DNA of 64,000 bases from Polyangia bacterium (GCA_050287845.1 JBNKCR010000013.1:1-64000); one strand, 5' to 3'. Shown: positions 1 through 9,751, numbered from the stretch's first letter. The notes: generated by a model from the letters alone, not told the origin. Numbers and translations: made by a program.

Positions 1-125
1 ATACAAGCAGGTTTAATGCGCGCCCACAAGGCCCGACCGAGGTGTAGCCCTCGCTACATCGACCGAGGGACTGAGGACGAAAGCTTAAATATGCCGGATT
101 TCCGCGATTGCAGCAAGGATTCAAA
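1..125. repeat. Putative structured intergenic repeat/MITE-like element, truncated by window start
   Basis: Non-coding stretch downstream of cydB. It has a central hairpin GGTGTAGC-cctc-GCTACATC flanked by a direct repeat GACCGAGG (35-42, 61-68). Resembles short interspersed repeats of deltaproteobacterial genomes (from memory); copy number cannot be checked here. Confidence 0.4.
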
Positions 126-137
126 CCGGTCGCCGCT

Positions 138-1163
138 CTAGTACACGTTTTGTTCGGTAGTGCTTTCAGAATCCAATCGTGTCCGGAAAAGCCGATGGAC
201 CCAAATCTGATATACGATGACGATAGGAACAAATATTGCCGCCACTATCGTCATTACGGCAAGTGTATACGGGCTTGATGCCGTTCGGGAGATGGACAGA
301 CCGTATTCAGGGTCAATGCTGGACGGAATGAGATTGGGATACAACCCCACAATCGCAGTGATCACGACGGTGAAAATGGTCGTACAGGATGCAATGAAAC
401 TCTGAACATAACGCTTCTGAACAGAGAAGTATTTCACACCTGCCAGAGACAGGACCGCTATGACAGGAATGATTGCCCAGAGGGGATATGCGATATAGTT
501 TTCCTTCAATCCGGTTTGTAACCAGGTCAGTATCAGGAATGCCACAGCCACTCCCAATCCACCAAACCAAATCCGGTCTGCAAGACGGCCAGCCCGCTGA
601 CTCAGTTCACCCTCTGTTTTTATTGCGATGAACAGAGCGCCATGCATGGCAAACAGCAATACAAAAAATACTCCAGTAAGTAGCCCATAACCATTCAACA
701 TCCCCAGCAGGCTTCCGTGGTAACCGTCCGCATCCATGGGAAGACCTGCAAAGATATTGCCGAACGCCACACCAAACAGAAGCGCCAGCAGTAAATTGGA
801 AATGACAAGTGTGTAGTCCCAGAGTCCAGTCCACCACTTCTCCTCTTTCTTGCTTCTGAATTCAATGGCCACGCCACGCAGAATCAACGAAAAAAGCAGC
901 AACAGCAGCGGCGTATACAGATAACTGAACATCAGCGCGTATGTGGTGGGAAAGGCCGCAAAGGTGGCACCACCCGCGGTAATCAGCCATACCTGGTTTC
1001 CATCCCATACCGGTCCGACCGCATTCAGCATCGCCCTTCGCTCTGACTCCTTGCCTCCAAGGATGGTGTGGAGCATTCCCGCGCCGAAATCAAATCCATC
1101 CGTTGTGAAAAATACAGCCCACAATATTCCCCATAAAACAAACCATATATTTGCAAGTTCCAT
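138..1163 (-). CDS. cydB: Cytochrome bd ubiquinol oxidase subunit II
   Basis: Motifs DGFDFGAG, GPVWDGNQVWLI, GGATFAAFP; multi-TM; directly downstream of cydA. Confidence 0.97.
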   Translation of the reverse strand: MELANIWFVLWGILWAVFFTTDGFDFGAGMLHTILGGKESERRAMLNAVGPVWDGNQVWLITAGGATFAAFPTTYALMFSYLYTPLLLLLFSLILRGVAIEFRSKKEEKWWTGLWDYTLVISNLLLALLFGVAFGNIFAGLPMDADGYHGSLLGMLNGYGLLTGVFFVLLFAMHGALFIAIKTEGELSQRAGRLADRIWFGGLGVAVAFLILTWLQTGLKENYIAYPLWAIIPVIAVLSLAGVKYFSVQKRYVQSFIASCTTIFTVVITAIVGLYPNLIPSSIDPEYGLSISRTASSPYTLAVMTIVAAIFVPIVIVYQIWVHRLFRTRLDSESTTEQNVY

Positions 1164-1176
1164 CTGCTGTTCCTCC

Positions 1177-2520
1177 TTATCTCTGCGAGAGCGACAATAA
1201 TTTTGAGGTATCCTCTTCCGGACCTTTTCTGGAAAACCTTACCAGAAGGTAAATATCCAGCACCGCCAGCGAACCGTACAACAGCGTAAAGCCAACCAGA
1301 GAAGAAACCACCTGCGAAACACTGATGGACGAAGACACGGCATCGCTTGTTTTCATCAGCCCGTAAACAATCCATGGCTGCCGTCCAATTTCTGCCACCA
1401 GCCAACCGGCCTGACCAGCGATATACGGCAATGGAATGGCAAACAGCATAATCAGCAGAAATGGTCTATAAGACTCAAGCAGGTCTTTTCTGGACAGGTA
1501 CACCGCTATCACACACAGCAATATGAACACACCTCCCAATACAATCATTGATCGATAACTCCAGAATGTCGGCCCCACAGGTGGTCTTTCATCTTCGGGA
1601 AAATCGCGAAGGCCCCGGATTTCTGCATCCGTATCGTGATAGGCCAACAGACTCAACAGGCCGGGGACCCCCAGCGCTTCCACCGAATTCGTTTCATTTT
1701 CCGTATCCGGTATCACCACCAGATTAAATGGCACGGAGCGCTCCGTTTCCCATACCGCTTCCATGGCGGCGAGTTTGGAGGGCTGTATTTTAGCCACCAG
1801 CTCCGCACTGAAAGAACCGGCTACTGCGACAAGGATGGTTGCCGCCAGTCCGAACGTCGCCGCAATTCTGAAAGAACTCTTAAACAACGCCACATTCCTT
1901 TTTCGGAGAAGATGATACGCAGCGACCCCCATAACAAAAAAAGCAGCGATGACATAGCCGGAGAATACCGTGTGAAAAAATTTGAGCCAGCCGTACGGAT
2001 TGGTCAACAGTGCCACAAAATCGACCATTTCCGCGCGGCCATTGCGAAGTACGTATCCCACCGGATTCTGCATCCATCCGTTGGCAATCAGAATCCACAA
2101 CGCGGACAGATTCGTGGCCACGGCCACAATCCAGATGGAAACCGCATGAAATCGCTTTGACACTTTCCGCCATCCGAATATCCATACCCCTATAAAAGTG
2201 GACTCCAGGAAAAATGCAACCGTCGCTTCAATCGCAAGTGGCGATCCGAAAATATCCCCGACAAATATTGAATACTCTGCCCAGTTCATACCGAACTGGA
2301 ATTCCAGTGTTATGCCGGTGACAATGCCAAGGGCAAAATTAATCAGAAACAGTTTTCCCCAGAATTTTGTCATTCGCAGATACATTTCATCGTTGGTCTT
2401 TACGTATAAACTTTCCATATACGCAACAAGCACTGAAAGCCCCAGGGTCAATGGCACAAAAATAAAATGAAACCCGGCGGTTACAGCAAACTGTATTCTG
2501 CTTAGTGTCAACACATCCAT
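1177..2520 (-). CDS. cydA: Cytochrome bd ubiquinol oxidase subunit I (short Q-loop type)
   Basis: Motifs RIQFA..HFIFVP, EFQFGMNW, QPSKLAAME, EIGRQPW; 447 aa. Confidence 0.97.
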   Translation of the reverse strand: MDVLTLSRIQFAVTAGFHFIFVPLTLGLSVLVAYMESLYVKTNDEMYLRMTKFWGKLFLINFALGIVTGITLEFQFGMNWAEYSIFVGDIFGSPLAIEATVAFFLESTFIGVWIFGWRKVSKRFHAVSIWIVAVATNLSALWILIANGWMQNPVGYVLRNGRAEMVDFVALLTNPYGWLKFFHTVFSGYVIAAFFVMGVAAYHLLRKRNVALFKSSFRIAATFGLAATILVAVAGSFSAELVAKIQPSKLAAMEAVWETERSVPFNLVVIPDTENETNSVEALGVPGLLSLLAYHDTDAEIRGLRDFPEDERPPVGPTFWSYRSMIVLGGVFILLCVIAVYLSRKDLLESYRPFLLIMLFAIPLPYIAGQAGWLVAEIGRQPWIVYGLMKTSDAVSSSISVSQVVSSLVGFTLLYGSLAVLDIYLLVRFSRKGPEEDTSKLLSLSQR

Positions 2521-2555
2521 TTTCTTATCTCCTCATCCATGGGTTTGGTGACAGA

Positions 2556-2577
2556 CAGGACTATTCTGTCCTGATTC
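2556..2577. promoter_or_regulatory. Candidate Rrf2 operator upstream of cydA
   Basis: Inverted repeat CAGGAC-N6-GTCCTG followed by ATTC; near-copy at 3040-3062. Confidence 0.5.
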
Positions 2578-2590
2578 AAGATAAATTTTT

Positions 2591-2995
2591 TTACACTTTT
2601 CCGGCCAATTTACGGAACGTTTCCTTTTTCAATCGTTCGCGAATGAGCTGACCGAGTTCAAGCCACACAGGATGTACGACACAAGTTTTGCTCAGTTCAC
2701 AAACCCGTGCATCCACCGCGCACGAATTCAGGTCGGGGGGACCATCAATGGCAACAATCACATCCCATGTGGAAAGCTGTTCCGGAGGCTTTGAAAGGCT
2801 GAATCCCCCATTCACCCCACGAGTGGAACTCGCGATTCCCGCACGCACCAGTACCTGAAAAATTTTTGCCAGAAATGGTTTTGGAATTTTCATGGAGGAA
2901 GCAATTTCGTCCACAGCGGCGGACTGGTTCCTGCTCCTGGTCAGGTACAGAACGCTTCGGATTGCGTAGTCGGCTTTTTTGGTGATGGTCATCAT
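2591..2995 (-). CDS. Rrf2-family (IscR-like) transcriptional regulator
   Basis: ITKKADYAIR, STRGVNGGF wing, C-x6-C-x5-C-x2-H-x2-W. Start placed at MMTITKK (2995) rather than 3025. Confidence 0.92.
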   Translation of the reverse strand: MMTITKKADYAIRSVLYLTRSRNQSAAVDEIASSMKIPKPFLAKIFQVLVRAGIASSTRGVNGGFSLSKPPEQLSTWDVIVAIDGPPDLNSCAVDARVCELSKTCVVHPVWLELGQLIRERLKKETFRKLAGKV

Positions 2996-3039
2996 GCGAA
3001 TCTCTTCGGTTGCTGGCAATCCCATTTTGGGTGCGAAAA

Positions 3040-3062
3040 CAAGACCAGATCAGTCCTGATTC
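3040..3062. promoter_or_regulatory. Candidate Rrf2 autoregulatory operator
   Basis: CAAGAC-N7-GTCCTGATTC ~45 bp upstream of the rrf2 start; shares GTCCTGATTC with the cydA site. Confidence 0.5.
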
Positions 3063-3273
3063 TCTCCAAACATCTTGCCGTCGTCAATGTTTTTCTGTCA
3101 AAACAGACATTAACAATGAATTCAGCCGGAGATGATCCTGAATGAAAATTACCAGCCCATGATGTCACGGACAGCGGCTTGCACCTCTGCAGCGGTTTCC
3201 GCCTGCTGCCCCGGACATCGGGGTGAGCACCACCACCCAGGTTGTCATATTCCACTCCCTCTGGAAAAACGGT

Positions 3274-4272
3274 TTACCCCTGCGATGGGTGGGATTTGAT
3301 GAAAACCACCAATTCATCGAGAGTCGTGAATGCGATGGCGCAACACGTGTCGGCAGCCCCGTAAAATATGGCAATGCGTCCCGTATCGGCATCCTGCACG
3401 GTGGCACACGGAAAACAGACATTGGGCACAAATCCCACTTCTTCGTAAGGCATCTGTGGGGTCAGTATATAATCCGAGGAATCCGCAATCACCTCAGAGG
3501 GTGTATCCAGATCCAGCAGCGCCGCGCCAATGCTGTAGACAAAACCATTACAGGTATCGCACACCCCGTGATAAATCATCAGCCAGCCTTCAGTGGTTTC
3601 AATGGGAATGGGGCCGGAACCGATTTTGGTAGCCTTCCACCAGTTGTCCGCGGTGGCCATTACGTGGCGATGTTTGCCCCAGTAGACCATATCCGGGCTT
3701 TCCGAAAGAAAAATGTCCCCGAACCGCGTGTGGCCGTTGTCGCTGGGCCGGTTGAGCATCACGTAGTTGCCGTTGATTTTGCGCGGAAAGAGCACGCCGT
3801 TTCGATTGAACGGCGGGTACGCATTCTCCATTAAAATAAATGTCCTGAAATCAGCAGTTCTGGCAACACCGATGGTGGGTCCGTGAAAATTATTACACCA
3901 GGTAATATAGTAGGTATCCTCGATTTTCACCAGACGCGGGTCATATCCATAAGAAATCGGTTTCGCATCTGATCCGTCTTCATTGACAAAATGAATCGTA
4001 TCTTCTTCCAACTCCCAGCGGATGGCATCCGCCGAGCGTCCCAGATGAAGATTGGGTAAACCATTTTTATGATCTGCGCGAAACACACCGATATACCCAT
4101 CTTTGTATGGAATCAGTGCGCTGTTAAATACCCGATCACTGCATTGAAGCGGGTTTCGACCAATCACCGGATTGCCATCAAATCGCCAGACGGGGTCTTT
4201 ACAGCCAGCAGGTTTATTCTGCCAGGGCATATTCGGAAGTGCTTCACCTATAATCCTGCTTTTCATAATCAT
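3274..4272 (-). CDS. Glycoside hydrolase family 130 (beta-mannoside/mannooligosaccharide phosphorylase)
   Basis: Motifs VFNSA, YGYDPR, PPFNRNGVLFPRKI, RPSDNGHT, VPNVCFP, YGAAD. GGAAGGA SD before ATG 4272/4266. Confidence 0.9.
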   Translation of the reverse strand: MIMKSRIIGEALPNMPWQNKPAGCKDPVWRFDGNPVIGRNPLQCSDRVFNSALIPYKDGYIGVFRADHKNGLPNLHLGRSADAIRWELEEDTIHFVNEDGSDAKPISYGYDPRLVKIEDTYYITWCNNFHGPTIGVARTADFRTFILMENAYPPFNRNGVLFPRKINGNYVMLNRPSDNGHTRFGDIFLSESPDMVYWGKHRHVMATADNWWKATKIGSGPIPIETTEGWLMIYHGVCDTCNGFVYSIGAALLDLDTPSEVIADSSDYILTPQMPYEEVGFVPNVCFPCATVQDADTGRIAIFYGAADTCCAIAFTTLDELVVFIKSHPSQG

Positions 4273-4375
4273 TAATATCCTTCCAGTTAAGTTGATTCGC
4301 GCTGCCCATTGTGCTGCAATCGACTTATCACAAACCATTTCTGATAAATACCAACCGGTTCCCTGTCATTCGTTT

Positions 4376-4393
4376 TACTAAAACGTTTATGCA
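4376..4393. promoter_or_regulatory. Possible LacI-family operator
   Basis: AAACGTTT palindrome (4381-4388) with central CG, between lacI and the GH130 gene. Confidence 0.45.
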
Positions 4394-4546
4394 ACACAAG
4401 TGCGAAATGGATTCGTTTTAATGCCATCAGTACCCGGTTTCGCAGCCTTCGCAGTGACCTCAACACTTCTGATTTCAACATCTGATTGGATAATATTCCA
4501 TTATTGTAATGAAGAGAATTGACAGAAGAAGAAACAGATTTGATTT

Positions 4547-5608
4547 TCAGTCCTTTTCGTTGTTTGACCTCGGCGCGGGTCCGGTGGAATCTCTGACAAT
4601 TAACTCCACAGGCAGGATCTCCATCAGAACCGCTGACTCCTGTTCATGAACAGCGTTCATCAGTCGTCGAACCGCGTGGGCGCCCAGACCTTCCTTATCC
4701 CCACTCACCGTGGTCAACGTGGGGTCGGTGTAGTACCCCATTGTGATATTGTCAAACCCCACCACGCTCAACTCATCAGGCACCTTGATATTCAATCGCT
4801 GGGCTGCGCGTAAAACACCGCCGGCCAACTCATCGTTGGCACATACAATCGCAGAAGGCCGATCTTTCTGCTGCAACAGGTCCATGGCCAAATCTCTGGC
4901 CGAATAAAAAGTGAATTCGCGACACTTGCGAAGATGACTGGTTTCTGAAAATGCAATGTCCGCTTTCCGCATAGCCGCTTCAAACCCTTCCAGCCGGCTG
5001 CGAATACTCGGTCTGTCCTCATTCGAATACAGATAAACAATATCGCGATGGCCCAGTTCCACCAGATGCTCCACCGGCAATTGCCCGCCGCGAAAGTTAT
5101 CGATTTCCACGGCATTGACTTTGTCCATCAGGGGATAATGATCCACAAGAACCACCGGCACCCCCCGACGTTCAATATCGCGCACCATATCGGGATGAAT
5201 TTCTTTGATAAAAATAACCCCGGCCGTACTGCCTTCCCGCACTACCCTGGGTAAATCACCGCGCTCTTCCCAGTCTTCATCCATATAGGAAAACATAATG
5301 TTGACCGACAGCTTTGCCGCCTCGCGAATGGCGCCTTCCAGTACAAACGAGTAATACAGATTACTGACCAGATCTTCACTTTTATAAAAGACAATGGCGA
5401 TATTTCCGGGCCGTCTACTGGCCAGTCCCGCGGCAATCGCGGAGGGATGATAATTCAGTTCATGCGCTACTTTCATCACCCGCTTTCTCACTGGTTCACT
5501 GATCACCTGGCCGGGCCGGTTGTTCAGAACAAACGAGACCGTTGCAATGGAAACCCCGGCCTCCCTGGCCACATCTTTGATAGTGCTTTTTTTCACTTTC
5601 ACCGCCAT
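4547..5608 (-). CDS. LacI-family transcriptional regulator
   Basis: TIKDVAREAGVSIATVSFVLN HTH; C-terminal VPDELSVVGFD..PTLTTV. Confidence 0.96.
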   Translation of the reverse strand: MAVKVKKSTIKDVAREAGVSIATVSFVLNNRPGQVISEPVRKRVMKVAHELNYHPSAIAAGLASRRPGNIAIVFYKSEDLVSNLYYSFVLEGAIREAAKLSVNIMFSYMDEDWEERGDLPRVVREGSTAGVIFIKEIHPDMVRDIERRGVPVVLVDHYPLMDKVNAVEIDNFRGGQLPVEHLVELGHRDIVYLYSNEDRPSIRSRLEGFEAAMRKADIAFSETSHLRKCREFTFYSARDLAMDLLQQKDRPSAIVCANDELAGGVLRAAQRLNIKVPDELSVVGFDNITMGYYTDPTLTTVSGDKEGLGAHAVRRLMNAVHEQESAVLMEILPVELIVRDSTGPAPRSNNEKD

Positions 5609-5913
5609 AGTACGATGTTCATACGAATTTAAAACTCTGATGTCCAGCGTGAAACTATGGCATCCACCGATTTTCAGTCCACTTCCCGCGTCGAAATCAA
5701 TTCAGCAGAACTCAGGCAGATCCGAACCTGCCAGCAGCAGTCTCACCACGCATCTCCATCTCCATATACCACAGGCATGCTGTCATTGCTGTTTCAGAAA
5801 ACATGTGCGGGTTCGCCAGTTCAGGGAGTACCAGAAGTGCGCATGAGCAATGGAGCCATTGGAAAATCACGCGAGTCTATTTCAATGGCCCGAAAAAATA
5901 AACGGGAAGATTC

Positions 5914-6456
5914 TCACGACTCGTCGATGGAGATGAGCTTGCGGGCGGTCCAGTTGATTTTAATGAGCGATGCGTTTTTTAAGAATCTGTCCAATCCGAA
6001 CTGCTTGCACAGCATTCGAATCACCCCGCCATGGGTGAAGAGGAGATGGCGTCCAACAGGAAGCTCGTCGATAAAACTCAAAAGTCTCTGTCTGAACTCA
6101 TCCAGATTCTCCCCTCCCGGTGGATGGAATCCGTCAAATGCCAGCAAGGACGCAGTCAATCGGGGATCTGCATCTCCCCAGTGCAAATCCTCCAACTCCC
6201 CGAAATGCATCTCCCGAATCCTTCTGTCCACCTGTGCGGCGCCATAGGCCAATTTTGCAGTGTCGATGGCCCGCTGCAAATCCGAAGACCATACGCTGTC
6301 AAAAAGCGTTCCATTGAGCTTGGCGCGGACTGCTCTGGCCTGGGCGATGCCGTTGGACGTCAGATTGACATTGGTCCATCCGGAAATTCTTTGATGGGCA
6401 TTGGCTTCGGTTTCTCCGTGGCGTACCAGCCACAGTTCAAGTGGAGGAAGTGTCAT
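5914..6456 (-). CDS. Histidine phosphatase (PGM/CobC-like) family protein
   Basis: Motifs LVRHGET, SSDLQRA, THGGVI. Confidence 0.93.
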   Translation of the reverse strand: MTLPPLELWLVRHGETEANAHQRISGWTNVNLTSNGIAQARAVRAKLNGTLFDSVWSSDLQRAIDTAKLAYGAAQVDRRIREMHFGELEDLHWGDADPRLTASLLAFDGFHPPGGENLDEFRQRLLSFIDELPVGRHLLFTHGGVIRMLCKQFGLDRFLKNASLIKINWTARKLISIDES

Positions 6457-6541
6457 GAGTATGTTTTATAAATCCCGATTCTGTATTGTCAAAAAATCCG
6501 ATGCAATTCATCGCGAAAACCACGTCAAACTGCTCCCGTCG

Positions 6542-7315
6542 TCAACCGGAAAAAGAAGGCAATCCGAACAGTTTTTCTGCATTCAAAGTAGTGATATTGG
6601 CCACGTGTTCAACGGTTGTATGGCGAATACCGGCCAGGGCGCGGGCAATCTCAGCCACATGCATCGGCTCCGTCTCCTCCGGAGGCACCCCGTCCAGGCC
6701 GATGGATGGGCAATCGGTTTCAAGCACAATCATATGCCATGGAACGGTCACTGCGGCGACTCGGGCATTCCTGGCATTGGGCCGGGTAATGGCGCCGCCA
6801 AAGGCAATATGCAGCCCCAGACGTACGAACTCCCGTGCAAGTTCCGGTCCCCGTGAAAACGCATGAACCACCCCGCGAATCCTGCCATAGTATTCTTTCA
6901 GAATATTGAGCATCTCCATGAACGCTCCGCGACAATGGAGAATGACCGGTTTGTCGAGGGCCACCGCCAAATCAAGTTGTGCACGGAATAGCGCCAATTG
7001 CATGTCCCTGGGTACGGAGTCAACTCTGAAGTCCAGTCCAATTTCTCCGATGGCCACCGCATGGGGAAGAAGCATCATATGGCGGACTTCATTTTCATTG
7101 AGAATTTCATCCGCCTTCCACGGATGAATGCCGAACGCACCGTATACGCCGCCAGCAGACAGGAGTTTTTTAATGGGCGACCAGGACGCCACATCATACG
7201 ACGGCACAATGATTCGCTGCACATCCGCCCCCCGCGCTCTTTCCAGCACATCTCCCAGATTTTCCCAAATCGGTTCGAACGTCAGATGTGCGTGTGTATC
7301 AACCAGTTCCATCAT
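6542..7315 (-). CDS. tatD: TatD-family hydrolase/DNase
   Basis: Motifs DTHAHL, GIHPW, AIGEIGLD, HCR, VVHAFS, LETDCP. Start at 7315 overlaps the GT stop (ATGA). Confidence 0.93.
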   Translation of the reverse strand: MMELVDTHAHLTFEPIWENLGDVLERARGADVQRIIVPSYDVASWSPIKKLLSAGGVYGAFGIHPWKADEILNENEVRHMMLLPHAVAIGEIGLDFRVDSVPRDMQLALFRAQLDLAVALDKPVILHCRGAFMEMLNILKEYYGRIRGVVHAFSRGPELAREFVRLGLHIAFGGAITRPNARNARVAAVTVPWHMIVLETDCPSIGLDGVPPEETEPMHVAEIARALAGIRHTTVEHVANITTLNAEKLFGLPSFSG

Positions 7316-8997
7316 TCTGGCCGGGGTGCCACATTCAGATGCTTCCGATACCAATCAATAAACTTGCGACTGGTGTTCACCCAGTTCAGCTCCTGGGCAA
7401 TCTCATACAGTTTCCGGGCATTTGCCACCCGTTTTTCATCGTCACCAAGTAAATCAAGCATGGCTTCGGCGAACGCTGTCTCGTCCCCGGCGGGGACTAC
7501 CAGTGCCGCATCGCTGGCAAACTGCGTGGCAAAGGGAACCAAATCCGAGGAAACCACCGCCACTCCGGCCGAAGCCGCCTGAGACACACTCATTCCAAAT
7601 CCCTCCATCTCCGACGCCGACACGTACAGTTCCGGGACACTGAAGAGTTCGCCAACCATATAACTGGGCATGAATCCGAGCAAAAATGCCCGACCTTCCA
7701 GCTCCGGATACTCACTCTTGATGCGTTTCAAATCCTTGAATACCGGATTTCCATCGGGCCCCCCACCGATAAACAGATATGTATCGTCGGTCTCCCGGGC
7801 CACTCTGGCAAATGCACGCAGCAACAGATCCTTCCGCTTGGTCTTGTCCATGCGGGAGGACTCGAAAATAATTTTGGATTCTTTAAGGCGGTTCTCCGGA
7901 ACACCGGATTTTTCAGCCAGATAGGCATATGCGGCGGTAAGCTCCGCAACTGTGCGTGGCCTGAATATCTCGGTATCCAGACAGGGGGGGAAATCAAAGA
8001 TTACATCAGCTTTCTGATCATAGTACGCATACAGTGTTGCCCAAATCTCCGGTGACGTGGAACAGAACAGTGGCACCCGCTCTGCAATGGCATGCTCATG
8101 GCTGTTCCGTTCGGTAAATTTGAGAGAGCGAAGCTGCTCCACGTGTTTGTCCCAATAATTGCGTTCCTTGATAATCCCCAGAGAATGCGGGGTCCACACA
8201 TGGCGATTGACCTTTTTAAAAATCATGGGCAACGTCTCGTCATCGACTTTCACATGGTTCAGCAGCGCCTGACCAAGCAGACAGTCCGCCTCCAGCATTG
8301 CATACGCCTGAGGCGTACTTGCCGAATGGCGCAGCTGTTCCGAAAATGTTTCATCCGGCAACAGTGTCATCAGAATTTCTTCCGATGGGGCACCATCAAA
8401 CGCTTCTCTCACCATCAGGCCAAAATGAAATGCAGCTTCCCGGCAAAGCGCATACCGATGTCGATTCTCTCCATCAAAACGCTGCAATTCTCCATGCAGG
8501 CGTCCGTCCAGGCACTCCTGGAAAAACCGATAGGCTTCATCGTTCCGCCAACGTTCAACCAGCATGGTGCCAATCACGGCAGCGTCCCAGTAGTGGGTAT
8601 CAATGCATTCGTAATACTCCCATGGCGCAATCCCCAGTTCGTTCGCCTCATTCTCAATGAACTCCGCCAGCCAGACTGTCTCTTCTCTCAGCACAGGTGA
8701 AATGTCTTCTTTCCGGATAAAGGAATCCCCTCCCCCGGGAATATACACATAACGGATGTGATCCCCCATCGTCTGAATCCCTTCACGGATTTTATCCTTC
8801 CCATAAAACGGAAACCCCCCTCGCGTGAATATGGTTACTTCCATGCCAAGTTCCTCAAGGGCGCGCGCTTTTGAATTGACATAAAAATTCTGCCCGCCCG
8901 TATCCGGAGCGCCGCCAACGGGAATTTCCACGCCAGCGTATCCGTGATTGGTTACCAGGGCAATTCTTGGTCTGGGTACTTCTCTGATATTTTTCAT
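7312..8997 (-). CDS. GT4 glycosyltransferase, sucrose-/mannosylfructose-phosphate synthase-like, with large internal insertion
   Basis: Motifs NHGY, PDTGGQNFYV, IRKE, THYWDA, TPHSLG, SRMDKTKR, EGFG. Confidence 0.8.
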   Translation of the reverse strand: MKNIREVPRPRIALVTNHGYAGVEIPVGGAPDTGGQNFYVNSKARALEELGMEVTIFTRGGFPFYGKDKIREGIQTMGDHIRYVYIPGGGDSFIRKEDISPVLREETVWLAEFIENEANELGIAPWEYYECIDTHYWDAAVIGTMLVERWRNDEAYRFFQECLDGRLHGELQRFDGENRHRYALCREAAFHFGLMVREAFDGAPSEEILMTLLPDETFSEQLRHSASTPQAYAMLEADCLLGQALLNHVKVDDETLPMIFKKVNRHVWTPHSLGIIKERNYWDKHVEQLRSLKFTERNSHEHAIAERVPLFCSTSPEIWATLYAYYDQKADVIFDFPPCLDTEIFRPRTVAELTAAYAYLAEKSGVPENRLKESKIIFESSRMDKTKRKDLLLRAFARVARETDDTYLFIGGGPDGNPVFKDLKRIKSEYPELEGRAFLLGFMPSYMVGELFSVPELYVSASEMEGFGMSVSQAASAGVAVVSSDLVPFATQFASDAALVVPAGDETAFAEAMLDLLGDDEKRVANARKLYEIAQELNWVNTSRKFIDWYRKHLNVAPRPE

Positions 8998-9303
8998 TGC
9001 ACCAGAAAAATACAGCTTTGACGTGACCGTGTCAATTTTGACCGGGCAATTATCCGAAAGATTACGTGGCCTATATCGTACAGAACGGACATTCGGAACA
9101 GACGGACAACAAAATACAGTGCCCTGAAGTCAGTTTACGGCTATTGTATAGGCGAATTGCGCGTCGCTATAGAAATGTCCGCGGAAAAACATTTTCGTGG
9201 TACTGGTCTTTTTGAATATAATCTATTACAGTGCGCGCCATGAATATAGTAAACGGGACTAACAATCTTATTTATTCATCATCTGAAATCAGGGAGAATT
9301 GAT

Positions 9304-9747
9304 TTGCCATACGTACCGGGAAATGCAGCAGAAGGTTATTGTCTTGAATGCAAAAAGGACACAGTCCAGACCGTTCTGGAAGTAAGCGGATTGCAGGTTC
9401 GATTGGTCCGCTGCGAAAAATGTGGCGTCGAAGGACCTCTTCGCATGCCCAGGCACAAAACGCGAGCCGGCCTTCGCGCTGCCCTGCAGAAAAACACCAG
9501 CTCAAACGCCCCCAAACGACGCACCCGAAAGCCCAAAGAAGATCCGGGACGAACATTTCGACAGTTGCTCCAGGGAAAAGATATCTCTGCCGCAGTGGAG
9601 TACAATATCCGGGTGCCCCTGACGGAAGGAGACGTGGTGAAACACAAATCGTTCGGCATCGGTGTGGTCACGGCAATCATCGCCGCTGACAAGGCAACGG
9701 TGCAGTTTGAAGAAGGCCCCAGAACCATGGTTTTTGGACGAGGTTGA
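9304..9747 (+). CDS. Hypothetical protein: N-terminal Zn ribbon plus C-terminal UvrD/PcrA-Tudor-like domain
   Basis: TTG start after AGGGAGA; CLEC...CEKC; basic linker; GDVVKHKSFGIGVV. Confidence 0.7.
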   Translation: MPYVPGNAAEGYCLECKKDTVQTVLEVSGLQVRLVRCEKCGVEGPLRMPRHKTRAGLRAALQKNTSSNAPKRRTRKPKEDPGRTFRQLLQGKDISAAVEYNIRVPLTEGDVVKHKSFGIGVVTAIIAADKATVQFEEGPRTMVFGRG

Positions 9748-9751
9748 GGGA

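Noticed and set aside
5657..6247. 196-aa plus-strand ORF between lacI and the phosphatase
   Set aside because: Mostly antisense to the phosphatase; no motifs or clear SD.
8203..8547. GT insertion as an intein
   Set aside because: No N-terminal Cys/Ser block, no His-Asn|Cys/Ser/Thr end, no LAGLIDADG motif.
9018..9042. TTGAC/GTCAA inverted repeats as an FNR/CRP site
   Set aside because: Spacing (8 and 2 nt) does not fit TTGAT-N4-ATCAA; more likely overlapping -35 elements of divergent promoters.
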